A DNA stretch of 64,000 nucleotides from an uncultured Sterolibacterium sp. (GTDB lineage Bacteria > Pseudomonadota > Gammaproteobacteria > Burkholderiales > Rhodocyclaceae), in the NCBI GenBank assembly GCA_903904605.1, contig CAIVDC010000135.1:7173-71172 (forward strand), written 5' to 3'. Below, piece by piece: positions 19,122 through 27,830 of the stretch. The translations under genes and the position numbers were made by a program. The first letter of the stretch is position 1; each line of letters starts with the position of its first letter. The notes beneath the pieces are model-generated. The model ran no database searches, was not told where the DNA came from, and saw nothing but the letters and a program-made list of their open reading frames with translations.

Positions 19122-19958
19122 ATGAAACACCCTCGGACCATTCCATTCGAAAGGCGGACCATGTTGGCCACCACGATCAAGCTCTCCTGCCTGGCGGCCC
19201 TGGCCGCCTGCTCGCTGGGATCAGCGGCGCAGTCCGCATCGCCGGCCGCCCGGGAGCTGGCTCCGACGGGAACGCTGCGTGCCGCGATCAATTTCGGCAA
19301 TCCGATTCTGGCCGTCCGCAACGCCGCAGACGGGACTCCCCAGGGCGTCTCGGTCGACCTCGCGCGCGAACTCGCCCGGCGGCTGGAAGTGCCGCTTGAA
19401 CTGGTGACCTACAACGCGGCGGGCAAGGTGGTCGAGGGCCTGAGGAACAAGGAATGGGACGTGGCCTTCGTCGCCATCGATCCGGCGCGCGCGGTCGACA
19501 TGTCCTTCACCGCCGCCTACGTGGTGATCGAGGGCGCCTATCTGGTGAAGCAGGACTCGCCGATCAGGAGCAACGCGGAGGTCGACCGCCCGGGCGTGCG
19601 CGTCGTGGTCGGCAAGGGCAGCGCCTACGATCTGTATCTCGCGCGCGAACTCAAGAATGCCGAACTCGTTCGCGCGCCGACCTCGCCCGCAGTGTCGGAC
19701 ATGATGGTCGCGCAAGGACTCGAGGTCGCGGCGGGGGTGAAGCAGCAGCTCGAGGCTGATGCCAAGCGCATCCTTGGCCTGCGCCTGCTCGACGGCCGTT
19801 TCATGGTCATCAACCAGGCCATGGCGACGCCGATCGGACGCCCCGTCGGGTCGCGCTATCTCGGCGAATTCGTCGAGGAGTTGAAGGCTTCCGGTTTCGT
19901 CGCGCAGGCCCTGGCGCGGCACGGCATCGCCGGCGCCTCGATCGCGCCGCCGAAATGA
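19122..19958 (+). CDS. Periplasmic solute-binding protein (family 3, polar amino-acid type)
   Basis: The start is taken at MKHPRT, 5 nt after GGGAGG; MLATTIKLS at 19161 is an alternative. It has a signal peptide ending in AAQS, and the fold pattern LRAAINFGNPILA is typical of SBP_bac_3 proteins. Confidence 0.75.
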   Translation: MKHPRTIPFERRTMLATTIKLSCLAALAACSLGSAAQSASPAARELAPTGTLRAAINFGNPILAVRNAADGTPQGVSVDLARELARRLEVPLELVTYNAAGKVVEGLRNKEWDVAFVAIDPARAVDMSFTAAYVVIEGAYLVKQDSPIRSNAEVDRPGVRVVVGKGSAYDLYLARELKNAELVRAPTSPAVSDMMVAQGLEVAAGVKQQLEADAKRILGLRLLDGRFMVINQAMATPIGRPVGSRYLGEFVEELKASGFVAQALARHGIAGASIAPPK

Positions 19959-20485
19959 GCATGCCGCCGCGCGTGGTGCATGGGCTGCTCCGGCTGCTCG
20001 CCGGACTGTCGCTGGCGGGGCTGCCCGGCCTGGTTCCGGTACCGGCCCAAGCGGCCGACCTGAGCGCCGTCGTACCGGCCGCCCCCTTGCCGAAATCGGT
20101 TGATCGGCGCCTGCAGGCCCTGCTCGCCGCACAGGAGGGACAGGTCGTCGTGGTCAACTTCTGGGCATCGTGGTGCCCGCCGTGCCGGGCGGAAATGCCC
20201 TCGCTGCAGCGCCTGTCCGAGCGCTGGCGCGACCGGGGGGTGAGCGTGATCACCGTGGCGGTCGCCGACAACCCGAGCAACGTCGAGGACTACTTCTGGG
20301 AAATTTCCGCAGACTTGCCGGTCATCGACGATCACGAGCGCGTCATCAGCCGGGCATGGGCTGCCCGGGCGATCCCGACCACGGTGATCATCGACCGCCG
20401 GCAGCGCATTCGTCTGCGCGGCCAGGGGACGATCGACTGGGATGCCTCGGCGATCGACCGACAACTGCAAACCCTGCTCGAATAG
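19955..20485 (+). CDS. TlpA/ResA-family periplasmic thiol:disulfide oxidoreductase
   Basis: 176 aa. It has a signal peptide and the thioredoxin motif FWASWCPPCRAEMP. The start overlaps the previous stop as ATGA. Confidence 0.85.
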   Translation: MSMPPRVVHGLLRLLAGLSLAGLPGLVPVPAQAADLSAVVPAAPLPKSVDRRLQALLAAQEGQVVVVNFWASWCPPCRAEMPSLQRLSERWRDRGVSVITVAVADNPSNVEDYFWEISADLPVIDDHERVISRAWAARAIPTTVIIDRRQRIRLRGQGTIDWDASAIDRQLQTLLE

Positions 20486-20493
20486 ATCGGGCA

Positions 20494-20520
20494 GACGGCG
20501 CGGACGATCGCCGCGCCGTC
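20494..20520. terminator. GC-rich hairpin between convergent genes (possible bidirectional terminator)
   Basis: GACGGCGCGG-acgatcg-CCGCGCCGTC forms a 10-bp perfect stem. There is no clear U-tract, and the hairpin overlaps the stop of the acyl-CoA dehydrogenase. Confidence 0.35.
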
Positions 20521-21736
20521 AAAGATACTTGGCGAGTTCCAGCTTGCCGATCTGGTTTTGATGCACTTCGTCGGGACCGTCGGCCAGGCGCAGATAGCGC
20601 GCCAGGGAATAGGCATAAGCCAGGCCGAAGTCATCGCAAACGCCGCCGCCGCCATGGGCCTGGATCGCCCAGTCGATCACCTGGCAGGCCATGTTCGGCG
20701 CCGCCACCTTGATCATGGCGATCTCCTTCTTCGCCACCTTGTTGCCGACGCAGTCCATCATGTAGGCGGCATTCAGCGTGAGCAATCGCGCCTGGTCGAT
20801 CATGATCCGGGCGTTGGCGATGCGCTCGCGCGTCACTCCCTGGTCGGCGACCGGCCGGCCGAAGGCGACGCGCTTCAGGGTGCGCCGGCACATCTTCTCC
20901 AGGGCCCGTTCGGCCAGGCCGATCAGCCTCATGCAATGGTGGATGCGGCCGGGCCCCAGTCGCCCCTGGGCGATCTCGAAGCCGCGCCCCTCGCCCAGCA
21001 GGATGTTGCCGACCGGCACGCGGACGTCCTGGAAGGAAATCTCGGCATGGCCGTGCGGCGCATCGTCGTAGCCGAACACCGGCAGAGCGCGCAGCACCGT
21101 GACGCCCGGCGTGTCCATCGGCACCAGGATCATCGACTGCTGGGCGTGGCGGCTGGCGTTGTCCGGATCGGTCTTGCCCATGAAGATGAGGATCTTGCAG
21201 CGCGGATCGTTGGCGCCGGACGTCCACCACTTGCGGCCGTTGATGACGTAGTCGTCGCCGTCGCGAACGATGCGCGCCTGGATGTTGGTGGCGTCACTCG
21301 ATGCCACGCCCGGCTCGGTCATCGCGAAGCCGGAGCGGATCCGGCCCTCGAGCAGCGGCACCAGCCATTCGCGCTTCTGCGCCTCGTTGCCGTAGCGCTC
21401 TATGGTCTCCATGTTGCCGGTGTCCGGGGCGTTGCAGTTGAAGGCTTCCGGAGCGATCGGCGAGCGGCCCATGATCTCGCACAGCGGCGCATAGTCGAGG
21501 TTGCTGAGGCCGGCGCCGTGCTCCGAGTCGGGCAGGAAAAGATTCCACAGACCGGCGGCGCGGGCCTTCGCCTTCAACTCCTCCATGAGCACCGTGGGCA
21601 CCCAGGCGTTGCCCTTGCTCCGGTTATCGAGAACCTCGGCGAAGAACTTCGGCTCGTTCGGATAGATGTGCTCATCCATGAATGCCGTGAGCCGCTGCTG
21701 CAGTCCCTTGACCTTGTCGGAATAGGCGAAATCCAT
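20519..21736 (-). CDS. Acyl-CoA dehydrogenase
   Basis: The start is at M67 of the track ORF ([12 protein letters not shown]). ACAD motifs are present ([22 protein letters not shown], and a C-terminal helical domain). Confidence 0.9.
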   Translation of the reverse strand: MDFAYSDKVKGLQQRLTAFMDEHIYPNEPKFFAEVLDNRSKGNAWVPTVLMEELKAKARAAGLWNLFLPDSEHGAGLSNLDYAPLCEIMGRSPIAPEAFNCNAPDTGNMETIERYGNEAQKREWLVPLLEGRIRSGFAMTEPGVASSDATNIQARIVRDGDDYVINGRKWWTSGANDPRCKILIFMGKTDPDNASRHAQQSMILVPMDTPGVTVLRALPVFGYDDAPHGHAEISFQDVRVPVGNILLGEGRGFEIAQGRLGPGRIHHCMRLIGLAERALEKMCRRTLKRVAFGRPVADQGVTRERIANARIMIDQARLLTLNAAYMMDCVGNKVAKKEIAMIKVAAPNMACQVIDWAIQAHGGGGVCDDFGLAYAYSLARYLRLADGPDEVHQNQIGKLELAKYL

Positions 21737-21756
21737 GTGCTTCCCTTCCAGAAATA

Positions 21757-22824
21757 TTATGGCCTGGCCATGATCCGTTCGACCTGGCGCCACGCCTCCT
21801 CGGCGAGCGGCCGGGCGCGCCGGCCGGTCTCCCTGGCCTCCTCGCTGGAGGCGTTGCCCTGCAGGGCACGCGCCATGATTCCCTGCATGATGCCGGCGAG
21901 CCGGAACATGTTGAAGGCGATGTAGTACTCCCATTCCTTTTCGGCGATCGGCCCCCGGCCGGTGCGCCGGCAGTAGGCGGCGACATACTGGTCCTCGGCG
22001 GGGATGCCCAGTTCCGCCAGATCGACGCCGACCAGTCCGCGAAACTGGCCGGGGGAGAGCCGCCAGCTCATGGCGTGATAGGCGAAGTCCACGAGCGGGT
22101 GCCCCAGGGTCGACAATTCCCAGTCGATGACGGCGAGGATCCTGGGCTCGTCGGGATGGAAGATCACGTTGTCGAGGCGAAAGTCGCCGTGCACGATCCG
22201 GGTTTCGTCGCCGGGCGGAATATGCCCGGGCAGCCAGGCGATGAGCTTGTCCATGGCCTCGATCTTCTCGGTCTCCGAGGCCTGGTACTGCCTGCTCCAG
22301 CGCGCCACCTGGCGCTCCAGGTAATTGCCCTGCCGGCCGTAGTCGGACAGGCCCAGCGCCTGGTAATCGACGCGGTGCAAGGCGCTGATGACCCTGTTCA
22401 TTTCGTCGAAGATCGCGCCGCGTTCGGCGCGCTCCATGCCCGCCAGTGAGGGATCCCAGAAGATCCGGCCGGGGACGTAATCCATCAGGTAGAAGACCGC
22501 GCCGACCACCGACTCATCCTCGCACAGGGCATGGCTTCTGGCCACCGGCACCTCGCTCCCGGCCAGGGCGGTGATCAGGCGATATTCCCGATCGACGGCA
22601 TGGGCCGAGGGCAGGAGCTTGCCCGGCGGCTTGCGGCGCATGACATATTTCCTTCCCGGGGTATCGATCAGATAGGTCGGGTTCGACTGGCCGCCCTTGA
22701 ACTGTTCGATGGCGAGCGGCCCCCTGAAGCCGGGGACATGATCGGCCAGCCAGGCTTCCAGGCGCCCCGGGTCGAATGCGTCGCGACCGGCGGCCGGCCG
22801 GGTGCCGATGGAATCCGCGTCCAT
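21757..22824 (-). CDS. Phosphotransferase-family (APH-like) kinase, of the type commonly paired with acyl-CoA dehydrogenase
   Basis: 355 aa. It has the Brenner-type catalytic motif [13 protein letters not shown] and [10 protein letters not shown]. Confidence 0.8.
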   Translation of the reverse strand: MDADSIGTRPAAGRDAFDPGRLEAWLADHVPGFRGPLAIEQFKGGQSNPTYLIDTPGRKYVMRRKPPGKLLPSAHAVDREYRLITALAGSEVPVARSHALCEDESVVGAVFYLMDYVPGRIFWDPSLAGMERAERGAIFDEMNRVISALHRVDYQALGLSDYGRQGNYLERQVARWSRQYQASETEKIEAMDKLIAWLPGHIPPGDETRIVHGDFRLDNVIFHPDEPRILAVIDWELSTLGHPLVDFAYHAMSWRLSPGQFRGLVGVDLAELGIPAEDQYVAAYCRRTGRGPIAEKEWEYYIAFNMFRLAGIMQGIMARALQGNASSEEARETGRRARPLAEEAWRQVERIMARP

Positions 22825-22830
22825 GCCGAC

Positions 22831-23604
22831 TCAGGTGATGCAGGCTCCGCCGTCTATCGCCAGGGTCTGGCCGGTGATGTGGCGCGATGCCTCGGAGGCG
22901 AGGAACACCACCGCGCCCTTGAGATCCTCCTCACCGCCCAGGCGGTGCAGCGGCGTCATGGCGACCACCGATTCACCTATCGTTTCGAGCACGCCCTGCG
23001 ACATCCGCGACGGGAAGAAGCCCGGGCAGATGGCATTGACGTTGATATTGTACTTGCCCCACTCCGCGCCCAGCGCCCGGGTGAAATTGACCGCCGCACC
23101 CTTGCTGGTGTTGTAGGCGATGGTGCTCATGTCGGGCGGATTGCCGGACAGGCCGGCGATCGAGGCGAGATTGATGATCTTGCCCGACTTCCTGGGGATC
23201 ATGACGCGCTTGCCGACTTCCCGGCAGAGCAGGAACACGGCGTTGATGTTGAGGTTCATCACCTTGTTCCAGGCGTCGAGCGGATGGTCCTCGGCCGGCG
23301 CGCCCCAACTGGCGCCGGCGTTGTTCACCAGGATGTCGATGGTGCCGTACCTGGCCAGCACGGCGTCGACCAGGCCGGGGATGCCGTCGAACTTCGCCAG
23401 ATCGCAGGCGTAGGTCATCACTTCGATGCCGAGATTCTTCAGATGCGCTTCGGCCTCGTCGAGCTCGACCTGCTTCCTCGCCGTGATCGCCAGCTTGCAG
23501 CCCACCTCGCCCAGCGCTTCGGCCAGCTGCAGGCCGAGCCCGCGCGAGCCGCCGGTAATCACGGCAACCTTGCCGGAAATGTCGAACAGTTCTTTCACGC
23601 TCAT
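22831..23604 (-). CDS. SDR-family oxidoreductase
   Basis: 257 aa. It shows VITGGSRGLG, NNAGAS and YNTSKGA. Confidence 0.85.
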   Translation of the reverse strand: MSVKELFDISGKVAVITGGSRGLGLQLAEALGEVGCKLAITARKQVELDEAEAHLKNLGIEVMTYACDLAKFDGIPGLVDAVLARYGTIDILVNNAGASWGAPAEDHPLDAWNKVMNLNINAVFLLCREVGKRVMIPRKSGKIINLASIAGLSGNPPDMSTIAYNTSKGAAVNFTRALGAEWGKYNINVNAICPGFFPSRMSQGVLETIGESVVAMTPLHRLGGEEDLKGAVVFLASEASRHITGQTLAIDGGACIT

Positions 23605-23628
23605 ATCGATCCCCTTGGACGACTTCGT

Positions 23629-25512
23629 TCAGTTGAAAGTTTTTCCTTCGGCCGCCAGCCGGATCAGGAGCGGCGCCGGCTGCCAGAGCCCGGCCGCGGC
23701 TCCGGGTTCTCCGGCGTAGCCGGCCATGGCCTGCACCACCCGGTCGAGGCCGGTCGCGTCGGCATAGAGCAGCGGACCGCCGCGGTGGCGCGGGAAGCCG
23801 TAGCCGATCAGACAGAGCATGTCGATGTCGGAAGCGCGCTGGGCGATGCCTTCATCGAGCAGGCGGGCCGCCTCATTGACCAGGGCGAAGATGCAGCGCT
23901 CGACGATCTCGGCGTCGCCGATCCGGCTCGGCGCCTCGCGGCTGCCGGCGCCGCTGCCCAGAGGCCCGTTGGCCATGCCCCAGTCCTCCAGCGCCAGATC
24001 CACCTGTTGCCGGCTCGCGCCCTTCTCCACCACCATCTCTGCCGCCTTGCGGTATTGCCCGAACATGCGCTCGCCTATGAAGCCTTCGCAGACGCCCGAG
24101 ACCACCCCCGTCTTCCTGATCTTCTTGGCCAGTTGCATCACCGTGGCCAGGACATCCCTCGCCGTGGCGGCGCCGCGCACCACTTCGAGCAGCTTCGCGA
24201 CGTTGGCCGGACTGCGGAAGTGCATGCCGATCACGTCCTGCGGCCGGTTGGTGAATCCGGCGATCCTGTTCAAATCCGCGGTCGCGGTGGCGGAGGCGAG
24301 GATCGCGCCCGGCTTCATGACTTCGTCGAGTTGCCTGAACACGGTTTCCTTGGCGCCGATATCCTCGATCACCGCCTCGATCACCAGGTCGCAATCCTTG
24401 ATCTCCCGGTAGTTCAGGGTGGCGGAGAGCAGCGCCATGCGCGCGTCCATCTGCTCCCGCGGGAGCCTGCCCTTCAACACCGAATCCTGGTAATGCCTGC
24501 GGACGGCCGCGAGTCCGCGCTCGACGGCCTCCTGCCCGATCTCGAGCAGGGTCACGGGAATGCCGGCATCGAGCAGAGCCATGCCGATCCCGACGCCCGT
24601 GGCGCCGGCCCCGATCACCGCGACCCGTCCGATCTTGCGCGTCGGCGTGCCCTCGGGCAGGTCGGGAATCTTCGCGCAGGCGCGCTCGCCGAGGAAGGCA
24701 TGGCGCAGCGCGCGCGACTCCGGACTGGCCATCAGTTCGACGAAAAGCCCGCGCTCGAACTTCAAGCCCTCTTCGAACGGGAGCCCGACCGCCGCAGCCA
24801 CCGCCTCGACGCATTTCAGAGGCGCCGGGAAATGTTTCGCCTCTGCGCCAATCCGCTTGCGCGCCTGCTGGAAGAAAGCCTCATGATCGGGAGCGTCGAG
24901 GCTGATGTCGCGCACGCGCTTGAGTGCCGGCTTCTCGGCGATCAGCTTGGCGGCAAAGGAGAGCGCGCCGCCCAGCAGGTCGCCCTCGATGAATTGGTCG
25001 AACAGCGCCGTGCCGCTGAGCTTCTCGGAGGGTACCGGCGCGCCGGAGACGATCATGTCGAGTGCCGCCTCGACGCCGATCAGACGCGGCAGCCGCTGGG
25101 TTCCGCCGGCGCCGGGCAGAATGCCCAGCTTGACTTCCGGCAGCGCGATCTGGGCACCGCCGATGGCGACACGGAAGTGGCAGCCCAGCGCCAGTTCCAG
25201 GCCCCCGCCCATGCAGACGCCGCCGATCGCGGCGATCACCGGCTTGCGGCTGGCCTCGATGGTGCGGATCACGGTGTCCAGCCTGGGTTCGGCAGTCGAT
25301 TTCGGCGACCCGAACTCGCGGATGTCCGCCCCGCCCGAAAAGGCGCGGTCGCTGCCGATCAGGACGATGGCCTGGGCCCGGTCGTCGGACTGGGCGGACG
25401 TGACCCCGTCGACGATATGCCGGCGCAGGTCGTGGCCGAGGCCGTTGACCGGCGGATTATCCAGGGTGATGACGGCGACGGCACCGTGCAGTTGATAGGC
25501 GGTGTTGCTCAT
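23629..25512 (-). CDS. Bifunctional enoyl-CoA hydratase / 3-hydroxyacyl-CoA dehydrogenase (FadB-like)
   Basis: 627 aa. The N-terminal crotonase fold shows [11 protein letters not shown] and GGGLELAL. It is followed by an NAD-binding region ([13 protein letters not shown]) and HCDH domains. Confidence 0.85.
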   Translation of the reverse strand: MSNTAYQLHGAVAVITLDNPPVNGLGHDLRRHIVDGVTSAQSDDRAQAIVLIGSDRAFSGGADIREFGSPKSTAEPRLDTVIRTIEASRKPVIAAIGGVCMGGGLELALGCHFRVAIGGAQIALPEVKLGILPGAGGTQRLPRLIGVEAALDMIVSGAPVPSEKLSGTALFDQFIEGDLLGGALSFAAKLIAEKPALKRVRDISLDAPDHEAFFQQARKRIGAEAKHFPAPLKCVEAVAAAVGLPFEEGLKFERGLFVELMASPESRALRHAFLGERACAKIPDLPEGTPTRKIGRVAVIGAGATGVGIGMALLDAGIPVTLLEIGQEAVERGLAAVRRHYQDSVLKGRLPREQMDARMALLSATLNYREIKDCDLVIEAVIEDIGAKETVFRQLDEVMKPGAILASATATADLNRIAGFTNRPQDVIGMHFRSPANVAKLLEVVRGAATARDVLATVMQLAKKIRKTGVVSGVCEGFIGERMFGQYRKAAEMVVEKGASRQQVDLALEDWGMANGPLGSGAGSREAPSRIGDAEIVERCIFALVNEAARLLDEGIAQRASDIDMLCLIGYGFPRHRGGPLLYADATGLDRVVQAMAGYAGEPGAAAGLWQPAPLLIRLAAEGKTFN

Positions 25513-25605
25513 GCTCGCTCCTGTTTGGCGAAATCGGTATTTCCCGCCTGCTCTGCGGAATCGGCTCTGGTGTGCGGCGAGGGCATGGCAGCTTCCGCCG
25601 CCGGG

Positions 25606-25634
25606 ATTATAACCAGCCCGGTCGAAGCCTCCAA
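25606..25634 (-). promoter_or_regulatory. Putative sigma70 promoter for the fadB-like gene (TTGGAG-N17-TATAAT)
   Basis: On the reverse strand there is a perfect TATAAT (25611-25606), a 17-nt spacer and TTGGAG (25634-25629). It lies in the 168-nt gap after the 100-aa gene and about 90 nt upstream of the ATG at 25512. Confidence 0.4.
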
Positions 25635-25680
25635 TCGAGGCGCGAAGCGGGGAAGTTCGGATTGCGCTGAACGCCGACGA

Positions 25681-25983
25681 TCAGGGGTCGAGACGACGCA
25701 CGTGTTCGCGGTGGATGAAGAAGACTTTTTCAGGTCCGCCCCGCCGCACCCGCAAGGCGAACCGCTGTCCCGGCGCCAGGCCCAGTTCACGGGCCAGTTC
25801 CTCGGGAAAATAGATCTGGATGCTCGGGTCTTCCGGCTTGACCATGGAGATGAAGCCTTCCACTGCGCGCGCCGCCGTCAGATCGAGGCTCACGAGTACG
25901 AATCCCGGCCGCTCATCCGGGGCCGCAACGGCCGCGACCCGGCCTTCGACATCGGCCCAGTTGGGGGCAATGGCCACCATCAT
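25681..25983 (-). CDS. Hypothetical 100-aa protein, last gene of the M6-protease/ATP-grasp operon
   Basis: The ORF has high GC3 and a purine-rich stretch (GGGAGAGAGAG) just upstream of the ATG. It starts 39 nt after the ATP-grasp stop. I recognise no family. Confidence 0.6.
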   Translation of the reverse strand: MMVAIAPNWADVEGRVAAVAAPDERPGFVLVSLDLTAARAVEGFISMVKPEDPSIQIYFPEELARELGLAPGQRFALRVRRGGPEKVFFIHREHVRRLDP

Positions 25984-26022
25984 GCTCTCTCTCCCAAAGT
26001 GTCGTCTCCGATTCGAATCCGG

Positions 26023-26967
26023 CTATGCCCGTGCCTGGAGCCCGGCCAGATAACGCACGATACCACCTGCAATGTCCTGTCCGGTATTTTCCTGAAAATA
26101 GCTGTAGCCGGGAGAAGGGTTGACCTCGAAGCAGGTGTGGAGGCCCTCCGGACTGCGCTTCAGATCGATGCCGCAGAGCGGCAACTGCAGCGCCCGGGAC
26201 AATTGAAAACACTGCTGCCGCACCGGTCCGGGCAGTTCGCAGGCTTGCATCGCCACCGCCTGGCCGTCCCTGCCGGCGTAACGGTAATCCACCGCGGCGG
26301 AATCGATTTCCGAGGCGAAGATTTCTTCTCCCGCGACATGCACCCGAATGTCGGTGCCGGTCAGCAGTCGCTGGAACTGCACGGGCAGCGCGCGAATGCG
26401 ATCGAGCTGGCCGAGCCGTGGCCCGGTCAGTTCCTGGACGATGGAGCGCACGGAACTGATCGACTTGAAGATCAGGCGGCGCTGGCTGTCGTGGAATTTG
26501 CGCACCGCCTCGGGGGAATTGCTGACGAGGGTCTCCGGGACGGACAGCCCGGACTCCACGATGCGTTGCATCTGATAAGGCTTGGACAGGTTGGAGGCCA
26601 TCGCCGCGGTGCGATTCATGACGCGCCAGGGGAGAACTTCGACGAGTTCGAAAAGGCTGGCATGAAACAGCAGCGAGCGGTCACGGGCTCCCGTTTCATC
26701 CGTGCCGGCACCGGCCAGTTGGCGGTTTTCCGGCAGCAGGACCGGTTCCATACAGCGCAGATAGAGGCCGTCGATTTCGGCAAAATCAAACCGGCGGCCA
26801 CGGATTTCCAGTTCCCCCTGAAGGGATTCGCCGTCGAAGGCAAAGCGCAAGCCGGCGTATCCGGTTTCCCGCTGGGAAAGCACGGCATAGGGCACTTCGA
26901 GCCGCTCGGCCGCTTCCGCCACGAGTTTCATCGGACTCTCCGACGGCACGCCCCAAAGCAGGATCAC
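26023..26967 (-). CDS. ATP-grasp peptide/protein ligase (MvdC/MvdD- or RimK-like)
   Basis: 314 aa. The C-terminal catalytic region PLCGIDLKRSPEGLHTCFEVNPSPGYSYFQENTGQDIAGGIVRYL carries the Asp and Glu-x-Asn metal ligands typical of ATP-grasp ligases. The start overlaps the upstream paralog by 4 nt. Confidence 0.75.
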   Translation of the reverse strand: MILLWGVPSESPMKLVAEAAERLEVPYAVLSQRETGYAGLRFAFDGESLQGELEIRGRRFDFAEIDGLYLRCMEPVLLPENRQLAGAGTDETGARDRSLLFHASLFELVEVLPWRVMNRTAAMASNLSKPYQMQRIVESGLSVPETLVSNSPEAVRKFHDSQRRLIFKSISSVRSIVQELTGPRLGQLDRIRALPVQFQRLLTGTDIRVHVAGEEIFASEIDSAAVDYRYAGRDGQAVAMQACELPGPVRQQCFQLSRALQLPLCGIDLKRSPEGLHTCFEVNPSPGYSYFQENTGQDIAGGIVRYLAGLQARA

Positions 26968-27803
26968 GGCCTTGCCGCCATGTCGGCCAAGTCGCCGAGA
27001 TAGTCGGCGACGACCCCGGCCGCTTGCCAGCCGGCGTGCTCCGGGAAGGTGCTGAAATGGCTCAACTTCCAGGCGCCATGCGGGTCGCGGGCGAGCCGCA
27101 ATTCCATCAGCGGATGGCCGCCGGCGGACTGAAGCCGGCCCAGCGCCTCGTCGCGCAGCTGCAGATCCGGCCGGGTACGATAGCGTCCGGCGACGGTGAT
27201 CGGGATTTCGTCGCCGAGGGCGCAGTCGGAATAGACCCTGGGCAGAGCACCGGCGACCGGCGAGCTATCCGCGGCGAGGTCGCCGCAGGGCATTCCCTGC
27301 GGCGAAACCAGCCGCCTCAGGCGGTACGCTCCGGGGCACGAATGGCGGCGCGGGTCCGTGCTGAAGCCGTAGTGCGCCACCTCCAGGCCGGCGCGGGCAG
27401 CCGCGTGGAGCGCCTCGATACGGCTGTACTGCCGTCCTGGAAGAGCCAGCGGCGAGGGCGGATTGATCACCCGTGGGCCCAGGCTGTGGAGCCAGCTCAG
27501 CAGCAGCGCGTGCATTTCCGAGCAGGCGTAGGCGCGATCGTAATCGTCGGCTGCAGCAAACCGGGGGACGACGACCTGTCGGATGCGGTTGAACATCAGG
27601 AAGGGCTCCGCGTCGCCCAGGACCAGCCCCGATGCCAGGCGCACGCTTGAACTCGCTACCCCATCGCGCAGGGCGTGATGCCATTCGCCGGCCGAGACCA
27701 GTTCCTCCACCGATACCAGCTGCCGGGAAGCGCCAGGGAAGCGCCGCCCGAGCAGGGCGTTGACGCGCGCCGCCAGCAGGTCGCCGGCGTGCGCGACGGT
27801 CAC
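26964..27803 (-). CDS. Degenerate ATP-grasp-like paralog (predicted catalytically inactive)
   Basis: 279 aa. Its C-terminal region PLMELRLARDPHGAWKLSHFSTFPEHAGW aligns with PLCGIDLKRSPEGLHTCFEVNPSPGYSYF of the neighbouring gene, but all three metal-ligand positions are replaced (D to R, E to H, N to S). Confidence 0.6.
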   Translation of the reverse strand: MTVAHAGDLLAARVNALLGRRFPGASRQLVSVEELVSAGEWHHALRDGVASSSVRLASGLVLGDAEPFLMFNRIRQVVVPRFAAADDYDRAYACSEMHALLLSWLHSLGPRVINPPSPLALPGRQYSRIEALHAAARAGLEVAHYGFSTDPRRHSCPGAYRLRRLVSPQGMPCGDLAADSSPVAGALPRVYSDCALGDEIPITVAGRYRTRPDLQLRDEALGRLQSAGGHPLMELRLARDPHGAWKLSHFSTFPEHAGWQAAGVVADYLGDLADMAARP

Positions 27804-27830
27804 GATAGGGATCAGGGCAAGCCTTTCCGC

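Noticed and set aside
25995-26025. tRNA-like TTCGAATCC (T-loop-like) string in the gap between the ATP-grasp gene and the 100-aa gene.
   Set aside because: The flanks do not form a T-arm, acceptor stem or anticodon arm. It is just a 10-bp palindrome (GATTCGAATC) in a 39-nt spacer that also carries the ribosome-binding site.
22531-27003. Very long + strand ORF (1490 aa) spanning several minus-strand genes. Similar long antisense ORFs occur at 13222-15699 (+), 16681-19146 (-), 9291-11006 (-), 28089-30143 (+), 45974-47785 (+) and 49873-51765 (-).
   Set aside because: Their translations are Arg/Gly/Ala/Pro-rich low-complexity strings with no recognisable domains. They lie antisense to ORFs with clear family signatures. 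Long spurious antisense frames are expected at about 65% GC.
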